64,000 bases of DNA from positions 13,105-77,104 of the forward strand of contig JAZQDW010000071.1 in NCBI GenBank assembly GCA_045546995.1, given 5' to 3'. The position numbers and the translations under genes were made by a program. This document shows positions 58,594-64,000 of this stretch, one piece after another. Below the pieces are notes generated by a model, which did not search any database, had not been told where the DNA came from, and saw only the letters and a program-made list of their open reading frames with translations. Positions within the stretch are counted from its first letter, which is position 1. The number at the start of each line of letters is the position of its first letter. This stretch comes from Eubacteriales bacterium (GTDB lineage: Bacteria; Bacillota; Clostridia; Oscillospirales; QAKW01).

Positions 58594-58778
58594 ACCCTTT
58601 CCCCCTTACGTATTCTTAAAATCATTATATCCTATGCTGTCTCAAAAAGCAACCGATATTATAAAACAAACGACTGGATTTATACAAGAATTCTTTTTAG
58701 TTGTGTTATAATTTTATATATAGACTGATTTTTACGCATCGTTTTTTGCGACCGAAATCAAACAGAGGAGGAGCTTTT

Positions 58779-60185
58779 ATGATCAAATTCGGCACCGGTG
58801 GCTGGAGAGCCATCATCGGCGAGGACTTTATCAAAGAAAACGTCTGCAAGGTGGCTGCCGGCGTTTTGGCACTGATGCACGCCGAAAACAAGACGGACAA
58901 ACCGGTCATCATCGGTTACGACCGCCGTTTTCTGTCGGAAAACGCGGCGCGCTGGGTGGCAGAGGTGTTGGCCAAGGGCGGCGTACGCGTTTGGTTTTTG
59001 CACCGCAGCGCCCCCACTCCGCTGATCATGCATACCGTCAAGGATGAAAAGCTGTACTACGGTATCGAGATCACCGCCTCCCACAACCCCGCCAATTACA
59101 ACGGCATCAAGCTGATCGTGGAGGAAGGACGGGACGCTCCGCTGGAGACCACGGCATTGCTGGAAAAATTCATCGAAGAAGCCGCGCCCGCGGCCATGGA
59201 TTTCGATGCGGCGGTAGAGCAGGGCATCATCGAATTTTTGCCCAACCCCTTTAACAAGTTTCTGGATGACATCATCGCGCTGTTGGATATGAAGGCGCTG
59301 CGCAACCGCGGCCTGCGGGTACTGTTTGACACCATGCACGGCTCGGGCGCCTATCCCCTGCAGGTCATCTTCCATACCGCCCGTTGCACCATCGACACCA
59401 TGAATCTCAATAAGGACGCCTATTTCGGCGGTATGATGCCCGCCCCCAGCGAAAAGAGCCTGACCCTACTGCAAAACAACGTAGTTAAGGGCGGCTACGA
59501 TATGGGTATCGCCATGGACGGCGACGGTGACCGTCTGGGCATCATCGATAAAAGCGGCCGCTATATCGACGCCAACGAGATTTTGTGTATGCTGTACTGG
59601 TATCTGGTCAAGTACAAGGGCTGGAAGGGCGGCGTGGTCCGCAACCTGGCTACCACCCATCTGTTGGACAAAATCGCGGAAAGCTTTGGCGAGAAGTGCT
59701 ACGAAGTGCCCGTCGGCTTTAAATACATTTCCGCCAAGATCGACGAGGTGGATGCCGTTCTGGGCGGCGAATCCTCCGGCGGTCTGACGGTACGGGGTCA
59801 CATCCACGGCAAGGATTCGGTGTACGCCGCCTCCCTGTTTGCCGAGATGGTCAGTGTCACCGGTATGTGTCCGGCCGAAATCATGGATAAGCTCAACGCC
59901 CAATTCGGCAAATTTGAAATGGTGGAGGATAACCTGCGCTTTGATCCCGCTTACAAGCCCACCATTGAAAACATCGTCTTTAAGAAAAAGCAATTACCCG
60001 ACTTCGGCAAAGAGGTGGTACGGGTCAATTACGAGGACGGTTGCAAGGTGTATTTTGCCGATGACAGCTTTGTCATCTGCCGCTTCTCCGGTACCGAGCC
60101 GCTGTTACGTATCTTCGCTGAAAGCAGCGACGCCGCCACCGCCGCCGGCTATATCGCCGCCTTCAAGCAATTTCTCAATATCTAA
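58779..60185 (+). CDS. Phosphoglucomutase/phosphomannomutase family protein
   Basis: FGTGGWR, TASHNP, DGDGDR, GGESSGG, R.SGTEP. Confidence 0.93.
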   Translation: MIKFGTGGWRAIIGEDFIKENVCKVAAGVLALMHAENKTDKPVIIGYDRRFLSENAARWVAEVLAKGGVRVWFLHRSAPTPLIMHTVKDEKLYYGIEITASHNPANYNGIKLIVEEGRDAPLETTALLEKFIEEAAPAAMDFDAAVEQGIIEFLPNPFNKFLDDIIALLDMKALRNRGLRVLFDTMHGSGAYPLQVIFHTARCTIDTMNLNKDAYFGGMMPAPSEKSLTLLQNNVVKGGYDMGIAMDGDGDRLGIIDKSGRYIDANEILCMLYWYLVKYKGWKGGVVRNLATTHLLDKIAESFGEKCYEVPVGFKYISAKIDEVDAVLGGESSGGLTVRGHIHGKDSVYAASLFAEMVSVTGMCPAEIMDKLNAQFGKFEMVEDNLRFDPAYKPTIENIVFKKKQLPDFGKEVVRVNYEDGCKVYFADDSFVICRFSGTEPLLRIFAESSDAATAAGYIAAFKQFLNI

Positions 60186-60233
60186 AACAAAATCCCATTG
60201 GTTTTGCCCAAGTGTTCTTAAGGACACTTGGGC

Positions 60234-60407
60234 AGTTTTATTCGCCTTGCGGCAAGTTTTATTGCTTCGCAGTGATATTTGAACTAAAGTTCAAGTGATA
60301 TTGCCTCCGGCAGTTTATGGCGAATAAAATATCACTAAAACCATAGGTTTTAATATCACGATTGCCGTCGGCATCATATCACTCTTTGCGCAGCAAAGAA
60401 TATCACT
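60234..60407. repeat. Symmetric array of 9-bp motifs separated by mini-hairpins
   Basis: AGT(T/G)(T/A)TATT x4 then the inverse (A/C)ATATCAC(T/G) x4, each spaced by a short stem-loop. Confidence 0.8.
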
Positions 60408-60668
60408 ATATAAAAATTACTACCCGAAAAAGAGCTTTGTTTTCTCTCCTTCGGGTAGTTTTGTCGTATACTGTTGCAAGCAGAAAATTTGTGTGCCAAA
60501 TTTCGTTTTTATTAAAGATTACTGTCCTTAGCAACCCTGCTCATTTTCCAATGGGATTTTTTATTGTATTTAGAAACAAGGCCCTCGGCAAGCCGCCGAA
60601 GCATATCGACCTTCCTTACACCGGACGATGATTGATCGCCCGTAAATTCGATCGATCATATTTGCTCC

Positions 60669-61634
60669 TTATTTCAATCCGCAAGCCGCCAGCACCGTCT
60701 GATGCAGTTGCAGTTCGTAATCATAGGTATAGGGGTTTTCCGCCCGGCCCTCCACGTAAGCGGCAAAGGAAGCCATCATGGTATCATAACGGTCAAAATA
60801 GGGACTTTTCGATACCTCGCCCTCTTTGCCCCAACTCTCGGAAGTATATTCGGTGCAAACGGTACACATCTCTTTTTCTTTACCCCATTCCAGCGGCTTG
60901 ATCTCCACGGTTTTTTCCGTACCGGTCACCACCAGCTGGCGACGGGCATAACCGCCCCGTTCGGCGGCGTGGGTCTTGGCAAAGGAAACGCCCTCCGGAT
61001 ACTGCAGTACGGCAAAGCCGTAATCGGTATCGGCGCTCAAAGGCAGCACCTTTTCCGGCGTACCCTTGATCTGCAGGATCAGGTCAATGAGATGACAGCC
61101 CAGGAAAAACATCTGGCCGCCGGGCATCTCTTGCAACCAAGCGCGGATTTTCTCCTGTTGATAGCAGTTCATCTGCGCCTCCACGCTGACGATCTCTCCC
61201 AGTTCGCCCCGACGGATCTGCGCCAACAAATCATGGATCATGGGATTATAGCGATACATATAACCGGTGTGGAACACCTTACCGCTTTCACGCATCGTTC
61301 CGATCAGCTCCGCAAAGCTCTCTCCGTCGGCGCCGCCGGGCTTTTCCATGTGAATATGCTTACCGGCCTTTGCCGCAAGCAGGGCGTATTTGGTGAGATG
61401 GATCTCGTCCGTTTCAATGATGAGGGCATCAATGGTGGGATCGGCCAGCAATTCCTCCAAGGCAAACTCCGTCAGGCCCTCCAGGCATTTTAACTTTTCA
61501 GGATATTTTTCACGCTCGTTTTCCGGCAGGCAATAGCCTACCACCTCAAAAAGCTCGCTTTGTTTACGGATACTGCCGTAAATCTGGGGGCCGTGGGAAT
61601 GATAATTCAGTCCGATAAAACCTACTCGAATCAT
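60669..61634 (-). CDS. Gfo/Idh/MocA family oxidoreductase
   Basis: Rossmann-like N-terminus, H..EKPG, GYMYRYNP, GCHLID. Confidence 0.88.
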   Translation of the reverse strand: MIRVGFIGLNYHSHGPQIYGSIRKQSELFEVVGYCLPENEREKYPEKLKCLEGLTEFALEELLADPTIDALIIETDEIHLTKYALLAAKAGKHIHMEKPGGADGESFAELIGTMRESGKVFHTGYMYRYNPMIHDLLAQIRRGELGEIVSVEAQMNCYQQEKIRAWLQEMPGGQMFFLGCHLIDLILQIKGTPEKVLPLSADTDYGFAVLQYPEGVSFAKTHAAERGGYARRQLVVTGTEKTVEIKPLEWGKEKEMCTVCTEYTSESWGKEGEVSKSPYFDRYDTMMASFAAYVEGRAENPYTYDYELQLHQTVLAACGLK

Positions 61635-62644
61635 AACATCCTCCAATCAAATTGTACCACGGGAAATGCCTTTTCCGTAGCCAGACGGGTGTAGATCTCC
61701 GGTGCCTCAGCCGGGCTGTGGGTCTCGTCCACAAAGGTTTCAAAATCCAATCGTCCCAATTGATGCAGGCGGATCATCGCCTCCACGTCGTCCTTTTCGG
61801 TAAACCAACCGCCGTGGCTCTCCTGCTTGGGGCGGGCATCGGTGTGCGCACCCACCAGCGTGATGCCGGGGCCGTGTACCTTGCGGTAATAGTCCAGGGT
61901 AAAGTCGCTGTTGCGGGTGCAACCAAGCAAGGCTACTCTGCCGTATCTGGCCATACAGTCAAGGATGCCGTTGAGCCCGGCGCCAACGCCGGTAACCTCA
62001 ATACCCACCTTGGCGCCGCCACCCGTCAGACGCTTGACGGTTTCGGCAAAATCGGGAGCCAAAGGATCCAAGGCATAATCAGCGCCGCAGGCCAAGGCCT
62101 TTTCTCTTTTTTCAGGAATGGGATCCACAGCAATAATAGGGGCGGCGCCCGCCGCCTTCAGCAGGGGCAGGGCCAACAGACCCAATACGCCCATACCCAT
62201 TACGATGGCGCTCTCCCCCAATTCCAAACGGCACTTACGCATAGCCGCCAGGGGGAAGGTGGCAATGTGCAACAGAGCCGCCGCCTCAAAGGATACCTCG
62301 TCGGGCAATTTATGTACGCCCTTCACCGGCATATTGATAAAGGAAGCGTGCTTGCTCCAGGACAGGGAAACGCGATCGCCCACGGCGAACTCCTCCACGC
62401 CCTCACCCACAGCCGTAATCACACCGGCGGAGCTGTAGCCACCGGTACGGGGCCATACCACTTCCCCGGCCGGACGGTCGGAGCGCACGTTGGCATCGCC
62501 CAACAGATTGGCCCGTTCCGTGCCCGAGCTGATGGTGGATACGCAGAGCTTGACCTGCACCTCACCCTTGCCGGGCGCCTCGATCTCCTTGGGCAGCAAT
62601 TCTGCCACACCGGGACCGGTATAATAAATCTTTTGAATTTTCAT
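61631..62644 (-). CDS. Zinc-binding (MDR) alcohol dehydrogenase family protein
   Basis: IS.GTE, GYSSAG...VG, GMGVLG, EVTG motifs. Confidence 0.88.
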   Translation of the reverse strand: MKIQKIYYTGPGVAELLPKEIEAPGKGEVQVKLCVSTISSGTERANLLGDANVRSDRPAGEVVWPRTGGYSSAGVITAVGEGVEEFAVGDRVSLSWSKHASFINMPVKGVHKLPDEVSFEAAALLHIATFPLAAMRKCRLELGESAIVMGMGVLGLLALPLLKAAGAAPIIAVDPIPEKREKALACGADYALDPLAPDFAETVKRLTGGGAKVGIEVTGVGAGLNGILDCMARYGRVALLGCTRNSDFTLDYYRKVHGPGITLVGAHTDARPKQESHGGWFTEKDDVEAMIRLHQLGRLDFETFVDETHSPAEAPEIYTRLATEKAFPVVQFDWRML

Positions 62645-62833
62645 TTCAAATCACCTCAAAATAAATATAACACCTTTTTCTGCCCGGTGCAATAAATTTT
62701 TATCTCAAAAAAGGGAACAATCCTATCACCCAAAAAGAATACATTGCGGCAGGTCGTTTGTTTTGGGAATGAGACAGAGACTCACAAGAAGGGATGGCGC
62801 CCTCCCCTGCGGCAGTTTTTGTAAATTATCCGC

Positions 62834-63154
62834 ATAAAAAAGAGAACGCTCACGCGTTCTCTTTTTACTATTATTTTGCAACTTCTACGGCGCGGGATTG
62901 GAGCAATTTCTTGCAATTGAGATACCTTGCAGAGGTGTGTCAATTTCAGTTTAGAAGTTGCCCTGCACAGGGCGCCCGAGAAAACAAGCGCGAATGTTCA
63001 TCGGCTTCCTTTGACGAACAAGCGCGCCGTTTGATCGGTTGCGACCCACTGCCCGGGTAGGCAGTGGCCTTCCGCCGCGCCCGTGGATATAAAAAAGAGA
63101 ACGCTCACGCGTTCTCTTTTTGAAATTATTTTGCAACTTCTACGGCGCGGGATT
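62834..63154. repeat. 66-bp direct repeat (rny 3' end + terminator) at 62834-62899 and 63089-63154 flanking 189 bp
   Basis: 63/66 identical by direct comparison. Confidence 0.92.
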
Positions 63155-64000
63155 CGCGAATAACATTCACCTTGATCTGGCCGGGATATTGCATCTCGTT
63201 TTCGATCTTGCGGGCGATGTCACGGGAGAGCAGCACGATCTGATCGTCGTCCACACGGGCGGGGTTGACCAAAATGCGGATCTCGCGGCCGGCCTGAATG
63301 GCATAAGTGGAATCAACACCCTCAAAGGAGTTGGCAATCTCTTCCAGTTTTTCAAGCCGTTTTACGTAGTTCTCCAGATTTTCCCGTCTGGCGCCGGGAC
63401 GAGCAGCGGAAATGGCATCGGCGGCCTGCACGATAGCGGCAATGACCGTTTTGCACTCCACCTCGCCGTGATGGGCGTGGATGGCGTGGATGACGTCCTC
63501 ACTCTCGTGATATTTTTTGGCAAGATCCACACCCACCTGGATATGGCTACCCTCGATCTCAAAGTCCATGCTCTTGCCGATATCGTGCAACAGGCCTGCG
63601 CGCTTGGCAAGGGTAACGTCGGCACCGATCTCGGCGGCGATGACGCCGGCAAGCTTGGATACCTCCATAGAGTGGTTGAGTACGTTTTGACCGTAGCTGG
63701 TGCGGTATTTCTGACGGCCCAGCAATTTGATCATTTCGGGGTGCAAACCGTGTACGCCCGTTTCGAAGGTGGCGCGCTCGCCTTCCTTCTTGATGGTGGC
63801 GTTGAGGTCTCTCTTACATCTTTCTACCGTCTCCTCGATTCTGCCGGGATGGATACGGCCGTCACCGATGAGCTTTTCAACGGTCATACGGGCAATCTCA
63901 CGACGGATGGGATTGAAGGATGAAAGTGTAATGGTTTCGGGCGTATCGTCAATAATGATGTCTACGCCGGTGATGTTTTCCAGTGCGCGGATGTTTCTGC
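63126..64000 (-). CDS. rny: Ribonuclease Y (5' part outside window)
   Basis: [25 protein letters not shown] (HD), [26 protein letters not shown]. Confidence 0.97.
   Translation of the reverse strand, partial: RNIRALENITGVDIIIDDTPETITLSSFNPIRREIARMTVEKLIGDGRIHPGRIEETVERCKRDLNATIKKEGERATFETGVHGLHPEMIKLLGRQKYRTSYGQNVLNHSMEVSKLAGVIAAEIGADVTLAKRAGLLHDIGKSMDFEIEGSHIQVGVDLAKKYHESEDVIHAIHAHHGEVECKTVIAAIVQAADAISAARPGARRENLENYVKRLEKLEEIANSFEGVDSTYAIQAGREIRILVNPARVDDDQIVLLSRDIARKIENEMQYPGQIKVNVIRESRAVEVAK

Noticed and set aside
60234-60407. Possible mini-CRISPR
   Set aside because: Repeats are only 9 bp, flip orientation midway, spacers are 7-15 bp hairpins, and no cas genes are present.

Overview
64 kb of chromosome from a spore-forming Clostridia bacterium (Oscillospiraceae/Ruminococcaceae-like; inferred from spoIIE, a gerA-type operon, an SLH protein, HPr, and the rsmD-coaD and rny genes). 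Most of it is housekeeping and carbohydrate metabolism: uvrC, rsmD, coaD, fba, aroK, a RR/HK/HtrA operon, a cadCA metal-efflux operon, a MarR-ABC exporter, sugar epimerase/dehydrogenase operons, GH3/GH36/GH110 hydrolases and a murJ/O-antigen-ligase/DUF4330 locus. The most unusual region is an AT-rich tandem two-cassette island at about 9.39-14.54 kb. Cassette 1 has a promoter, a secreted SH3-RICIN-papain-like peptidase, a secreted membrane-anchored partner and a terminator. Cassette 2 shares near-identical flanking arms but has a divergent, truncated, catalytically dead peptidase domain and a different partner, which resembles a polymorphic effector/immunity system. Other non-genic signals are a candidate leader-peptide attenuator upstream of mgtE, four highly structured 190-370 bp intergenic elements (one with its empty site visible in the window, one behind an orphan promoter), a 66-bp duplication of the rny 3' end, and an unannotated 42-aa Cys-rich sporulation-type peptide. 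No rRNA, tRNA, CRISPR array, transposase or integrase was seen. All family assignments come from motif recognition by eye, not from database searches.
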